A DNA stretch of 51,191 bases from sequence record CP014788.1; one strand, given 5' to 3'. How positions within the stretch are numbered: position 1 is the stretch's first letter; each line of letters begins with the position of its first letter. The notes below the pieces were generated by a model that did not search any database, was not told the DNA's origin, and was given only the letters and a program-made list of their open reading frames with translations. Shown here piece after piece: positions 8,128-22,104 of this stretch. The DNA is from a plasmid. The position numbers were made by a program, and so were the translations under genes.

Positions 8128-9579
8128 CTATTGTTCTTTAATTGCTGCTAGAACCTGCTCTAAATGCAGACCATGACTGGCTTTCAATAGGACCATGTCG
8201 GCCGGCTGCAGGTCGGCTTCCAAAGCGGCGGTTAACTGGTCGAGCTGGTCGGCCTGGTAATAGTGAATATCTGCCGCAGGATAGCCCTGCTCCTGGAGCT
8301 TAGCCTGTAGGTGCGCCATTTCGGCTCCCACCAGGTATACTTCTTGAATCTGAGCAGAGTTAATTTGCTCTGCTAGGCTAGCGTGCAGCCGTGGTGCGGC
8401 TTCCCCTAGTTCAAGCATGTCACCAAGGACCGCAATTCGCCGTCCCTGGACCGGCATTTCAGCGAGAGTCTTTAAAACCTGCTTTGCCGCCGTCGGGTTG
8501 GAATTATAAACATCACTGAGAATTTGAGCACCGTTCTTACTCTTGAACCATTCCGCCCGATTCTCCGTTAGTTCGACGTTTGCCAGTGCCGTCTTAATAT
8601 GGTTTGGACTGATGTGCAGGCGCTTGGCAACTGCCATGGCGGCAAGGGCATTGTTAACGTTATATTCACCCACCATTGGAATAGTGAATTGCTCGTCAGG
8701 CCACTCATTAACCTTAAATTCAATGGAGCGGGAGCCGGCGTTAACACTCGTTGCGTATAAGTCATCAGTTAACTGGCGGCCAAAACGGGTTGTCTGTTGA
8801 GTGATGTTTGCTGCCCGCTCATTGAGCAGCGGTTCATCACCATCGTACACAAAGAGGCCATCCTCTTTTAAGCCGTTTACGATTTCCATTTTGGCATCCG
8901 CAATCCGGTCCCGAGTACCGAAGAATTCGATATGGGCCTCCCCAATCATGGTAATAACCGCGATGTCCGGGCTAACCAGCTTGCTCAGGAAGTCGAGCTG
9001 ACCGAACCGGTCCATCCCCATTTCAACGACTACCACCTCGGTGTTGGCTTCCATGTTTAGAAGAGTGACCGGCACCCCAATTTCATTGTTAAAGTTGGCA
9101 TAGGTCTTAGTAACGTTAAGTTGGGTGCTCAAAATGGAAGCAATCATGTCCTTAGTGGTGGTTTTCCCATTGCTCCCCGTAACAGCAACAACGATTGGGT
9201 TGATTTTGCGCAGGTAGTATTTTCCCAACTCTTGAAGGGCTTTAAGGGGATCAGTTACCACTAAAACGGGATGGTCGCTGTTAGTTAATTCGTGATCACT
9301 AGCCCATAAAGTGGCGGCCGCACCATTGGTAAAGGCGGTTTCAACGTATTGGTGACCGTCATGCGCCCCTTGGAGGGGAACAAATAAAGCTCCTTTTTCC
9401 AAATGGCGGCTATCGAAAGAAACACTGGTTACCTCAATGTCCTTCCATTGTTCAATCTCATTTTGCGCGTTAATTGCCTTCGCAATCTCCGCTAACTTCA
9501 TCTTCATTGAAAAGCTACCTCTTCTTTTGATACTTTGGTCTAGCTTTTTAATTATACCACCGTCGGGAAATAAAGGCAT
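8128..9579 (-). CDS. murF: UDP-N-acetylmuramoyl-tripeptide--D-alanyl-D-alanine ligase
   Basis: Mur ligase family (GSNGKTTT P-loop). The likely true start is the ATG at 9505-9507 (MKMKLAEIAKAI). Confidence 0.9.
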   Translation of the reverse strand: MPLFPDGGIIKKLDQSIKRRGSFSMKMKLAEIAKAINAQNEIEQWKDIEVTSVSFDSRHLEKGALFVPLQGAHDGHQYVETAFTNGAAATLWASDHELTNSDHPVLVVTDPLKALQELGKYYLRKINPIVVAVTGSNGKTTTKDMIASILSTQLNVTKTYANFNNEIGVPVTLLNMEANTEVVVVEMGMDRFGQLDFLSKLVSPDIAVITMIGEAHIEFFGTRDRIADAKMEIVNGLKEDGLFVYDGDEPLLNERAANITQQTTRFGRQLTDDLYATSVNAGSRSIEFKVNEWPDEQFTIPMVGEYNVNNALAAMAVAKRLHISPNHIKTALANVELTENRAEWFKSKNGAQILSDVYNSNPTAAKQVLKTLAEMPVQGRRIAVLGDMLELGEAAPRLHASLAEQINSAQIQEVYLVGAEMAHLQAKLQEQGYPAADIHYYQADQLDQLTAALEADLQPADMVLLKASHGLHLEQVLAAIKEQ

Positions 9580-9611
9580 TCTTTAAGGAAAAACTATCTT
9601 GCTAAAAGAAC

Positions 9612-9650
9612 GAAAAAAGCAGGTCCCGCCTTCCGCGTTCCCTGCCTAAA
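9612..9650 (-). terminator. putative htpX terminator
   Basis: Short GC stem (GCAGG...CCTGC). On the minus strand it is followed by TTTTTTCG, immediately after the htpX stop. Confidence 0.4.
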
Positions 9651-9652
9651 AT

Positions 9653-10549
9653 TTACATTTGTTCTAGCCGTTTGATGCGAGCATCCAATGGCGGGTGAGT
9701 CGCAAACAAGTCGCTAAACCGGCGGTGACGACCATTCTCCTCTGGATCGCTAATATAGAGGCCACTGCTGCTAGGCGCAACGTGTTTCATCGGTTGGGCC
9801 TCTTTGAGCTTTTCTAATGCGCTGATCATCCCGTGGGGGTTCCGTGTCAGTTCAACTGAACCGGCATCTGCTAAATACTCACGGTTACGCGACAAGGCCA
9901 TCTGAGCAATTGTAGCTGCAAGTGGTGCCAGAATAATCAACAGCACCGACCCCAAAATCGCAAAGACACCCCAACTATTATCATCGTCGTCATCGCTTCT
10001 GCTTCCGCCAAACCACCAAAAGTTGCCGGCAAAGTTAACCAACATGCTGATTGCCGCTGACAATGCCAGCGCAATCGTTTGAAGACGAATATCATAATTA
10101 CGGACGTGACTCATCTCGTGGCCCATTACTGCCTCCAGCTCTTCACGGTTCATAATCTCCATCAAACCAGTTGTCGCAGCCACCGCAGCGTGTTCTGGAT
10201 TATTCCCGGTGGCAAAGGCATTAGGACTCGGATCATCAATAATAAAGACCCGCGGCATCGGCACCTGTGCTACCATCGCCATGTCTTCGACCACGTGCCA
10301 CAATGCTGGTGCCTCCTGGGCAGAGTGGATTTCGCGGGCATTGTTCATATTCATCACCACGTCCGTCGACTGGCCGATAATCACCGCCATATATACTAGG
10401 GCAATCACCCCAGCAATGATAACTCCACCAACCGCTGAGCGCGCAAACAAGTAGCCGATTGCCGCCCCGATTAGGGCCACTAGCAGAAAAAAGCCGGCCA
10501 TCACGAGGACGGTTTTCCGCTTATTTTGTGCAATTTGCTGGTATAACAT
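9653..10549 (-). CDS. htpX: zinc metalloprotease HtpX homolog
   Basis: [10 protein letters not shown] (HExxH) motif in a polytopic membrane protein of 298 aa. Confidence 0.9.
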   Translation of the reverse strand: MLYQQIAQNKRKTVLVMAGFFLLVALIGAAIGYLFARSAVGGVIIAGVIALVYMAVIIGQSTDVVMNMNNAREIHSAQEAPALWHVVEDMAMVAQVPMPRVFIIDDPSPNAFATGNNPEHAAVAATTGLMEIMNREELEAVMGHEMSHVRNYDIRLQTIALALSAAISMLVNFAGNFWWFGGSRSDDDDDNSWGVFAILGSVLLIILAPLAATIAQMALSRNREYLADAGSVELTRNPHGMISALEKLKEAQPMKHVAPSSSGLYISDPEENGRHRRFSDLFATHPPLDARIKRLEQM

Positions 10550-10559
10550 CTAGCTCACC

Positions 10560-11120
10560 CTAATCGTCGAACGAAACCTTAGGTGCTGCCTTCGCACTTT
10601 CCGGTACCTGCAAGTAATCAATCTGTGTAAAGTGGTGCAGCTTCGCAACAATATTGCTAGGGAACGATTGAATCTTTGCGTTCAACGCTGCCACCGTACT
10701 GTTGTACAGTTGCCGGGAATATGCAATCTTATTTTCAGTATTGCTTAGTTCCTCCATCAACTGTTGGTATTCAGCGCTCGCCTTCAAGTCCGGATAATTT
10801 TCCGAAACCGCGAATAAGGTCCGCAACGTTCCCGTCAATTGATTAGAAACTTCCATTTTCTTAGCATGATCATCGTCAGGCACATTATTCAACGCGGTCC
10901 GTAACTCAGTCACCTTTGCTAGGGTAGAGGCTTCAAACTTACTGTACCCCTTCACCGTGGAAACTAAGTTTGGAATTAAATCATTCCGCCGTTGGAGCTG
11001 GACATCAATCTGACTCCAGGACTCCTGGGCGTGAACCCGTAACTGTACCAAGCCGTTGTACATCACAACGTAGATACCGATGATGACAACTAATACCAGG
11101 ATGACAATCAAAATAGCCAT
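10560..11120 (-). CDS. lemA: LemA family protein
   Basis: N-terminal transmembrane helix plus a LemA-like coiled region. The lemA-htpX pairing is conserved. Confidence 0.88.
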   Translation of the reverse strand: MAILIVILVLVVIIGIYVVMYNGLVQLRVHAQESWSQIDVQLQRRNDLIPNLVSTVKGYSKFEASTLAKVTELRTALNNVPDDDHAKKMEVSNQLTGTLRTLFAVSENYPDLKASAEYQQLMEELSNTENKIAYSRQLYNSTVAALNAKIQSFPSNIVAKLHHFTQIDYLQVPESAKAAPKVSFDD

Positions 11121-11250
11121 TCTGCTCTCCTCCTTTAAATTATTGTTAACATTTTACCAGATTTAATTCTCCGGGGGAAAGGCTCAGTTCTCCCCTTAGC
11201 AAAACTTTAGAATTTCTTGTATGATAAACTAAAAGAAACCAATCAGCGAG

Positions 11251-11721
11251 GTGTCAAAAATGAACGTCTTATTTGTTTGCCTAGGCAATATCTGCCGGTC
11301 ACCAATGGCCGAAAGCATGTTCCGCCAACTAGTCGCCAAGGCCAACCTTAGCCATCAAATCCAGATCGACTCTGCCGGGACTACGGATTATGAAGAGGGC
11401 AAGCCGCCCTATCCCGGCGCGCGACAAACGATGGAACAGCACGGACTCCCCACCGCGGGCCTCGTTGCCCGCCCAATTTCCCAACGTGACTTTGCGTGGG
11501 CAGACTACATCATCTGCATGGATAACATGAACCTCGCCGCTCTCCAGCGCATGGCGCCTGCCGGTGACCTGCCTAAAATTCACCTGGCAAACGAGCTAGT
11601 TCCTGGTCAAGAAAACGAGGAAATCCCGGATCCGTGGTACACCCACCGGTTTGAGGAAACTTATCAAAGCCTCTACCGGGCGTTGCCACTGTGGTTAACT
11701 AAAATCGAAAGGGAACTTTAA
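11251..11721 (+). CDS. low-molecular-weight protein-tyrosine phosphatase
   Basis: N-terminal CX5R P-loop VLFVCLGNICRSPMAE. 156 aa. Confidence 0.9.
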   Translation: MSKMNVLFVCLGNICRSPMAESMFRQLVAKANLSHQIQIDSAGTTDYEEGKPPYPGARQTMEQHGLPTAGLVARPISQRDFAWADYIICMDNMNLAALQRMAPAGDLPKIHLANELVPGQENEEIPDPWYTHRFEETYQSLYRALPLWLTKIEREL

Positions 11722-11762
11722 GGCTGGGAAAGCAGCCCGATTCCTTAGACAGCGTAGTACAA

Positions 11763-11815
11763 AGCAGGCCTCCAGTACCCGGTAAAACCGAGTTCTAGAG
11801 GCCTGCTGTTGCTTT
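11763..11815 (+). terminator. terminator of the phosphatase gene (compound hairpin)
   Basis: AGCAGGCCTC(11763-11772)...GAGGCCTGCT(11798-11807) with an inner CGGTaaaACCG hairpin, followed by a weak GTTGCTTT T-run. Confidence 0.5.
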
Positions 11816-11962
11816 AAATGCTGATAACGGGAGGAAATTGGCCCATCCCCTTAACTAATTTAAGGGTAATAATGCCACGGTGCAGTAGCCAACGAACTAG
11901 GCCCGCTAGCCCTACTCCTCCGCTTTATTTACTATGAATTCCGGCCGGTCGTGTACTTGTTG

Positions 11963-12592
11963 CTAAAGTTCTTCTGCACATTTTGTGGCGCCTGCTTGAA
12001 TGGCTCGGACTTGATAAACCGACGATCCTTGCCGAGCTGGCTTGATAAAGATCAGGTTGCCGAGTTCTTCCTCTAACCGTCCCCAGGAATATTCGGCCTG
12101 ATTTTCCGGTGTCAGCAGGACGTACGGGGTATTCCTGATTCCAGCCTCGTTTAACATCTTCTTGGTCAGGTCCTTGTCAAAGGAAAGGGCACTGGCAGAA
12201 ATTCCGGACCCGACGTAAGGCTTCTTCAGCAGTTTGAACAGACCCTGGATTGTCCCATCTTCCCCCAGATTCCCGTGAATAACCGGGTAGAAGAAGTCGA
12301 CCGCTTCCAGCTCGTTCAGCGCCATAATTGGGGCCAGCGGCTGGTCGAGGTCCATGTGCCGGTAAGCATCCGCTACCACCTGGTCTTCGGGTTCCCCATC
12401 AAAGATTCGTTGAGAGTAGGCATTATCCAGCAGGATGCCATCCTTAGTGAACATAAAAAGGCTGACATCATACTTGTCCTTGTCCATGGCATCATAAATA
12501 TTATGTGCTGACCGTTTAGAAACATCATGTTCAGATGAATTGCCACCAAACAATAAAGCAACACGTAATTTCTTTGTCATTTGAAATACCAC
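11963..12592 (-). pseudogene. ddl: D-alanine--D-alanine ligase remnant (N-terminal half only; frameshift plus 3' truncation)
   Basis: 209 aa align with the Ddl N-terminal and central domains (LLFGGNSSEHDVS, PVIHGNLGEDGTIQG, FIKPARQGSSV). The expected GSSVGxSK continuation diverges into a stop. Only 240 bp remain before the convergent phosphatase terminator, so the C-terminal ATP-grasp domain is absent. Confidence 0.75.
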
Positions 12593-12689
12593 CTTAATTA
12601 AATATTATTATAACTTCAAACCGATTTCCTCGAACCATTAGTATAGCATGAAACAGGTTCCAGACCAAGCTGTAATATAACTGGCGGTA

Positions 12690-12730
12690 AAAAAACTCCA
12701 AAATTCCTGGACAGGAATCTCAGAGTTTTT
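12690..12730 (-). terminator. bidirectional rho-independent terminator downstream of gcvH
   Basis: AAACTC...ATTCCTGgacAGGAAT...GAGTTT nested stem, flanked by an A7 run and a T5 run. Confidence 0.7.
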
Positions 12731-12743
12731 ACTTCAAGACTGG

Positions 12744-13043
12744 TTACTTCACCGTCACGATCCAGTTTTGCTGGTCGTCACTGCTCGAAAGGTCTTCCGG
12801 CTGGTCAGCCAGCTTTTCGTTGACGGCAACGATTGTCCCCGCAACTGGGCTTTCCAAGTCGGTAACCGCCTTTTCAGCTTCTACAGAAATAAACTTTCCC
12901 CCGACTTCTAGCTCCGTGCCGGCTGCCGGCAGGTCGATAAAGCTAACTTCTCCCAGGTCATCGCGCCCCTGGTCGTTTAAGCCCACCCGGGTCGTCCCAT
13001 CAGCCTGCTGCTTCGTCCAAAAATACGTATTCTTTGTTGCCAT
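12744..13043 (-). CDS. gcvH: glycine cleavage system H-like lipoyl carrier protein
   Basis: 99 aa with a lipoyl-lysine context (FISVEAEKAVTDLESPVAGTIVAVNEKL). No gcvT or gcvP genes are adjacent. Confidence 0.85.
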   Translation of the reverse strand: MATKNTYFWTKQQADGTTRVGLNDQGRDDLGEVSFIDLPAAGTELEVGGKFISVEAEKAVTDLESPVAGTIVAVNEKLADQPEDLSSSDDQQNWIVTVK

Positions 13044-13055
13044 TGTGCAATCTCC

Positions 13056-14249
13056 TTATCTAAATTCCTGGTTGCTGCTAAACATATAGGAACGGTGGTG
13101 GTACCGCATCGACATCACCATTCCGATCCCAATCAGGTTACCGACCAATGATGACCCCCCTGCACTGATGAAGGGCAGCGGGATCCCGGTCAATGGCAGT
13201 AAACCGATGTTCATCCCGATGTTTTCAAAAACGTGGAAGAGGATCATCATAATGACCCCGGTTGAGATATAGGCGTAGAATTCGTTCTTCGTATCAAAGG
13301 TTACCCGGATCATCAAGTAAATCAGCAGCAGGTAAATCAGGATCAGTAAAACCCCGCCGATAAAGCCGAAGTTTTCCCCAATCACCGAGAAAATCATGTC
13401 GGATTCCCGCACCGGCACGTACACCTTGGAATTGTTAAAGCCCGTCCCGGTAATTCCACCGGAACCAACGGCCTTGATACTCTGCCACAGCTGGTAACCC
13501 TGGTTGGTCGTATCCTGTTCCGGGTGCAGCCAGGTGTCGACCCGGTCAAACTGGTAGGCTTGGAAGCCAATGTGCTCCAAAATGGTCCGACCGACCGTAC
13601 TGGTAACCATCGCCAGTACGGCGCCACCAACCGCGCTCACCCCAATAATTGCCGGGGCTAAGATTCGCCAGGTTACCCCAGAGACCAGAATCATCCCCGC
13701 AAAGATAGCACAGAACACCAGCGCGGTCCCAAAGTCATTTTGAAAGTGAAGGGAGATCAGGACCGGCAGGAGCCACAGGAACATTATCCCAATCAAGCGC
13801 CAATCGGATTGGACGGTGTGGACAGGATAACGGTTATTATGAGTTGTAATGACCCGCCCCATCATCAGGATGTAGGCTGGCTTCATAATTTCCGACGGCT
13901 GGAAAGTAAACGGCCCGATAGCGAACCAGCTCTTGGCCCCGGTATTAACGTAGTACGACCGGCTATAAAATACCAGGATCGCAAACATCAGAAAAATACT
14001 GAACCAGTAGACAATCGGTGCCAGTTTCCAGAGCTGCTCCGAGTCAAACTGCATAATGACCACCACCAGGATGGTCCCGATGATGTACCAGACCAGTTGA
14101 GTAATTACCTGCCGGGCGACACTGGTCGGCTGCTGGTCGTGAACCGCCGCCACGTAAATCGACGCTAGGCCAATCAAGGCGAGCATAAGCACACAGAAAA
14201 TAATTCCCCAGTCAAGTCGACTTTCCTCATCATTTTGCGAATGTTGCAT
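13056..14249 (-). CDS. rodA: SEDS-family peptidoglycan glycosyltransferase (RodA/FtsW)
   Basis: 397 aa polytopic FtsW/RodA/SpoVE family protein. It lies next to the mreB-like gene. Confidence 0.88.
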   Translation of the reverse strand: MQHSQNDEESRLDWGIIFCVLMLALIGLASIYVAAVHDQQPTSVARQVITQLVWYIIGTILVVVIMQFDSEQLWKLAPIVYWFSIFLMFAILVFYSRSYYVNTGAKSWFAIGPFTFQPSEIMKPAYILMMGRVITTHNNRYPVHTVQSDWRLIGIMFLWLLPVLISLHFQNDFGTALVFCAIFAGMILVSGVTWRILAPAIIGVSAVGGAVLAMVTSTVGRTILEHIGFQAYQFDRVDTWLHPEQDTTNQGYQLWQSIKAVGSGGITGTGFNNSKVYVPVRESDMIFSVIGENFGFIGGVLLILIYLLLIYLMIRVTFDTKNEFYAYISTGVIMMILFHVFENIGMNIGLLPLTGIPLPFISAGGSSLVGNLIGIGMVMSMRYHHRSYMFSSNQEFR

Positions 14250-14302
14250 TACCTAACTCCTTTATGCCAGATTTTTTCACAAGAAAACTTGCGACCATTA
14301 AC

Positions 14303-14527
14303 CTACCGCTGGTGGAGATGGTATTGCTGTAGGACCATTTCCAGGCCCTCTTCTTGTGAGCGGACGTTGAATTCACTCTGGTCGGCCACCAAGACGGCCT
14401 TAAACCGTTCATTGGCGGTAACGACCTCCCCAATCAGCCGCCGGCCAATGAAAATCTGCTGGACCGGTTGGTTGTGTCGTTCAATGTCCTTAACGCTTAC
14501 TTCAATCTTTTTATCTTTCTTTGCCAC
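14303..14527 (-). CDS. hypothetical small protein (74 aa)
   Basis: Intact ORF between yidD and rodA with good coding character. No family could be assigned by eye. Confidence 0.45.
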   Translation of the reverse strand: MAKKDKKIEVSVKDIERHNQPVQQIFIGRRLIGEVVTANERFKAVLVADQSEFNVRSQEEGLEMVLQQYHLHQR

Positions 14528-14542
14528 TTTTTCACCTTTTCA

Positions 14543-14779
14543 TTAATGCTGCCGCTGAAACGTAAAGTGTTCCGGCACGGGGTCATAGCCACCCCGGCAA
14601 AACGGTTGACACCGCAAGAGCCGGGCAATGCCCAGTAATAGTCCCTTGAGGCCAAAGCGCTTCAAGGCCTCTATCATATACTGGGAACACGTAGGGGAGA
14701 ACCGGCAGACCCGGTATGGGCGGCGCGCCGAAACTCCTCGTTGGTACCAGCGGACGAGGTTACATAGTAAGTGAACCAT
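14543..14779 (-). CDS. yidD: membrane protein insertion efficiency factor YidD
   Basis: Diagnostic [10 protein letters not shown] motif. 78 aa. Confidence 0.85.
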   Translation of the reverse strand: MVHLLCNLVRWYQRGVSARRPYRVCRFSPTCSQYMIEALKRFGLKGLLLGIARLLRCQPFCRGGYDPVPEHFTFQRQH

Positions 14780-14784
14780 TCACG

Positions 14785-15780
14785 TTACTTCTTTTTGCTA
14801 TCAGTCTTTTGCATCCGTTCCAGCATCTCGCCGGCCCCCTTGGCAACGTTATCCAGTGGGTCCTGGGAAACGACTACCGGAACCTTGAGGCGGGAGCTGA
14901 AGAGCTGGTCAAGTCCGTTTAGGAGCGAGGTTCCCCCAGTGAGGACGATTCCCCGGTCAATGATGTCACTCGCCAGCTCAGGCGGAATGGTTTCCAAAAC
15001 GTTGATCGTAGCCGTGATAATCTGGTCGAGGGTATCGTGGAGGGCTTCTTCGATTTCGTTTTGGTTAACGGTGATCTGCTTTGGCATTCCACTGGCAACG
15101 TCCCGGCCACGAACATCCATTTCCTTAGGGTCGTCGACCTGCAGGGCCGTCCCGATTTCCATCTTGATGTTTTCGGCGGTGTGCTCACCGATTACCAGAC
15201 CATGCTTGTCCTTGATGTAGGCAGCGATGTCGCTGTTCATCTTGTCCCCGGCGAGACGGATGGATTGACTAGCCACAATGTCCCCCAAGGAAAGGATGGC
15301 AATGTCACTGGTTCCCCCACCCATATCGATGACCATGCTGCCGCGCGGCTTGAAGATATCCAAACCAGCACCGATGGCCGCTACTTTCGGCTCGTATTCC
15401 AGGTAGACCTTGCCGCCACCAGACTGCTCAGCCGCTTGGATAATCGCCTTCCGTTCGATTTCAGTAATATTAGTTGGTGCACAGATCATGATATTCGGCT
15501 TCGACATGAACCCCTTAACACTCAACTTGCCGATAAAGTAGGAAAGCATCTCCTGGGTAACGTCAAAGTCTGAAATGACCCCGTTCTTGAGCGGGCGAAT
15601 TGCCCGAATGTTGCTGGGAGTCCGCCCCACCATCCGGTACGCTTCTGAGCCGACCGCTAGTACTTTATTGGTCTGGGTGTCAATTGCGACAACGGATGGT
15701 TCGTTCAAGACAATGCCCTTGCCCTGTACATAAATCAGAACGTTGGCCGTCCCCAAATCAATTCCAATATCTTTAGCCAT
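14785..15780 (-). CDS. mreB: rod shape-determining actin homolog (MreB/Mbl-like)
   Basis: MAKDIGIDLGTANVLIYV N-terminus with actin-fold phosphate loops. 331 aa. Confidence 0.93.
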   Translation of the reverse strand: MAKDIGIDLGTANVLIYVQGKGIVLNEPSVVAIDTQTNKVLAVGSEAYRMVGRTPSNIRAIRPLKNGVISDFDVTQEMLSYFIGKLSVKGFMSKPNIMICAPTNITEIERKAIIQAAEQSGGGKVYLEYEPKVAAIGAGLDIFKPRGSMVIDMGGGTSDIAILSLGDIVASQSIRLAGDKMNSDIAAYIKDKHGLVIGEHTAENIKMEIGTALQVDDPKEMDVRGRDVASGMPKQITVNQNEIEEALHDTLDQIITATINVLETIPPELASDIIDRGIVLTGGTSLLNGLDQLFSSRLKVPVVVSQDPLDNVAKGAGEMLERMQKTDSKKK

Positions 15781-15876
15781 TCAACTTATCTCCTTTGTGC
15801 TTTAACTTGATGTTACTCCCTGGCAATAGCTGCCAGGCAACTAGATTGACAATATCGTTGGTATTATACCACAAAT

Positions 15877-17202
15877 TTACTCCGGCTCACTGCCCTTGTT
15901 TTCCTGACGCGGCTGTTCTGGCTTGATTTTAAACTTCTCTTTAACATCTAACCGGTCAATCTGGACACCCAGCTGGTGAAGTTTCTGATAAAAATCGTAG
16001 TAGCCCCGGTCCAGACACTGGGGATTGCGCACCTGGGTAATTCCCGTCGCCGCTAAACCGGCCAGGACTAAGGCTGCTCCAGCACGGAGGTCCGTCGCGG
16101 CCACCTCCGCCCCGCTAAAGTGGGTCGGGCCGTCAAGGATTGCAACCGAGCCCGCGATTTGGAAGTCCGCGTTCATCCGGCGCAACTCTTCCAAGTGGTT
16201 AAAGCGCTGCTCAAAGACGTGTTCTTCCATTGTACTGGTACCGTTTGCCAGCAACTGGAGAACGGTCATTTGTGGCTGCAAATCGGTTGGAAACCCCGGA
16301 TAGGGCATTGCCTTAACATTTGCTGGAATCAGGACAGACGTTCCCAAGACGCGGATACCGTCTTCCTGCTTAATCACCGTCACACCCATTTCTTCCAGCT
16401 TAGCAATCAAAGAGGTGTTGTAGGCAGCAGCCGCGTTTTGCACGATGATGTCACCATTGGTTACCGCCGCGGCCAGCATCCAGGTCCCCGCCTCAATCCG
16501 GTCTGGTGCGACCGTATATTCCGCACCGTGGAGATAGTAGACCCCCTGAATCCGGATAACCTTGCTCCCAGCTCCGTGCACCCGGCCGCCCATCTTATTA
16601 AGCAGGTTAGCCAATTCCACGATTTCCGGTTCACAAGCGGCGTTTTCAATGGTCGTAATTCCCTCGGCCATCGTTGCCGCCATCATCAGGTTTTCCGTCG
16701 CCCCCACACTAGGAAAGTCGAGGATAATCCGGGAGCCTACCAGGTGGTCACAGCGAGCATCAATAAAGCCAGCATCCTGCTTGATGGTGGCCCCGAGTTT
16801 GCGCAACCCCGCCAGGTGGAGATCAATTGGCCGCGCACCGATCGAACAGCCCCCCGGCAAAGCAATCCGGACCTGCCCGGTCCGAGCCAATAGTGGTCCC
16901 ATTACCAACAGCGACGCCCGCATCTGGTTAACGTATTCAAACGGGGCTTCCGAGGACAGGGGGACACTCCCGTTGATGACCAGTTGGCGCTGCTTTTCCC
17001 CGTAAGCCGTCTTGAGGTTGAGGAATCGAAGCAGGCGGTTCATCAGCTGGACATCGGTGACCGGAGGAACGTTATTTAAGGTGACGGTTCCCTGGACCGC
17101 CAGGATTGCCGCCGCTTGCAACGGCAATACAGCGTTTTTTGAGCCCTCAACGGTGACCTGCCCCCGTAATGGTCGGCCACCCTTAATAATTATCTTTTCC
17201 AT
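15877..17202 (-). CDS. murA: UDP-N-acetylglucosamine 1-carboxyvinyltransferase
   Basis: [28 protein letters not shown]-terminus. 441 aa. Lies next to the atp operon as in other Firmicutes. Confidence 0.95.
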   Translation of the reverse strand: MEKIIIKGGRPLRGQVTVEGSKNAVLPLQAAAILAVQGTVTLNNVPPVTDVQLMNRLLRFLNLKTAYGEKQRQLVINGSVPLSSEAPFEYVNQMRASLLVMGPLLARTGQVRIALPGGCSIGARPIDLHLAGLRKLGATIKQDAGFIDARCDHLVGSRIILDFPSVGATENLMMAATMAEGITTIENAACEPEIVELANLLNKMGGRVHGAGSKVIRIQGVYYLHGAEYTVAPDRIEAGTWMLAAAVTNGDIIVQNAAAAYNTSLIAKLEEMGVTVIKQEDGIRVLGTSVLIPANVKAMPYPGFPTDLQPQMTVLQLLANGTSTMEEHVFEQRFNHLEELRRMNADFQIAGSVAILDGPTHFSGAEVAATDLRAGAALVLAGLAATGITQVRNPQCLDRGYYDFYQKLHQLGVQIDRLDVKEKFKIKPEQPRQENKGSEPE

Positions 17203-17219
17203 TTTCTCCTCCGTCCCCC

Positions 17220-17525
17220 TCAGCGAACCAAGTAAGTCAGGTTACCAATTGCCGTTAAGATCCCTAAAAAGAAGTTGGCACACAGGTAGCCAATTGCAGT
17301 TGACAATAGCACAATCGCTAACGGCAGCGTTCGCGGCGGCCGCTTAAACAGCCGTTCAACATGAAAGCCTTGGATTGCCGTAAATGCCAGCCAGATAAAA
17401 ATAAATTGCACAATAATTTCCAATAGAGCGTGGATCCCCGTCATCTGCACTTGATCGCCTTCTTTATAGAATAAACTAAATTGTATGATAGCATATGGGC
17501 AGGGAAAATAGGCCCTTCCCGCCAA
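17220..17525 (-). CDS. DUF1146 (YwzB-like) small membrane protein
   Basis: Two transmembrane helices. Sits in the conserved position between atpC and murA. The true start is probably an internal Met (MTGIHALLEII). Confidence 0.7.
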   Translation of the reverse strand: MAGRAYFPCPYAIIQFSLFYKEGDQVQMTGIHALLEIIVQFIFIWLAFTAIQGFHVERLFKRPPRTLPLAIVLLSTAIGYLCANFFLGILTAIGNLTYLVR

Positions 17526-17532
17526 AGTTTAA

Positions 17533-17580
17533 CTTTTTATTAAAAGCCGCCATCCTTTAAGAGCACAAAAAAAGCGGCCG
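17533..17580 (-). terminator. putative atp operon terminator
   Basis: GCCGC...GGCGGC stem with a long loop, then TTTTAAT on the minus strand, downstream of atpC. Weak. Confidence 0.3.
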
Positions 17581-17656
17581 TTAAGTAAACACTTAGCAGC
17601 TGCTTTGTTTTGCTAGGAGCCGGCACGCCCCTACCATGACTAATCAAGATAGCCAA

Positions 17657-18088
17657 TTATTCTTTATTGCTGTACTTTGATGCGTTCAAACGGTTAATTG
17701 CCCGTTTAAGGTGGACTTCCGCCCGCGCCAGTTCGTCACTATCATGGCGAGCCTTGGCTTCCTTAATGGCTTCTTCTGACCGTTCCTTCGCACTTTGGGC
17801 TCGTTCGACATCAATTCGTTCGGGCAATTCAGCACTATCCGCGGCAATCAACGCCTCGTGACCATCAAACTGGATGATCCCGCCGTTGACCGCAGCGACT
17901 TCGTCTTCGCCTTCAGCATGCTTAATCCGAACAACACTGATTTCCAGAGAAGCAAGCAATGGCACGTGGTTCGCCATGATTCCCATTTGCCCACCAGCGG
18001 TGTTCATGACAATCATCGTCGCCTCGTCATTGTTGTAGACGGTGCCATCAGGAGTAATAATCGTGACCTTAAATTTACTATCAGCCAT
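17657..18088 (-). CDS. atpC: F1 ATP synthase epsilon subunit
   Basis: 143 aa. Order and similarity match epsilon. Confidence 0.95.
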   Translation of the reverse strand: MADSKFKVTIITPDGTVYNNDEATMIVMNTAGGQMGIMANHVPLLASLEISVVRIKHAEGEDEVAAVNGGIIQFDGHEALIAADSAELPERIDVERAQSAKERSEEAIKEAKARHDSDELARAEVHLKRAINRLNASKYSNKE

Positions 18089-18101
18089 CCGTTATCCCTC
18101 C

Positions 18102-20502
<2,401 letters not shown>

Positions 20503-20539
20503 TAAATCTCACCGTCCTTTCGACTAGTATTAATCAACA

Positions 20540-22087
<1,548 letters not shown>

Positions 22088-22104
22088 TTAACAAAAGATC
22101 TAAA

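Noticed and set aside
15781-15876. CCTGGCAatagcTGCCAGG hairpin between murA and the mreB-like gene
   Set aside because: No U-tract follows in either orientation. It probably lies in the mreB 5' UTR downstream of a TGgTATAAT extended -10, so it was not called a terminator.
16120-16893. 257-aa plus-strand ORF, plus other long antisense ORFs inside murA, prfA (29465-30151), mreB (15037-15573), the adhesin (48869-49921) and elsewhere
   Set aside because: All lie antisense within strongly supported genes in GC-rich DNA where stop codons are rare. None has a ribosome-binding site or recognisable similarity.
17560-17580. GCGGCCGC and AGCAGCTGCT perfect palindromes downstream of atpC
   Set aside because: They are self-complementary with no loop, so they cannot form terminator hairpins on their own. 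Probably chance restriction-site-like palindromes. Only a weak terminator call was made for the region.
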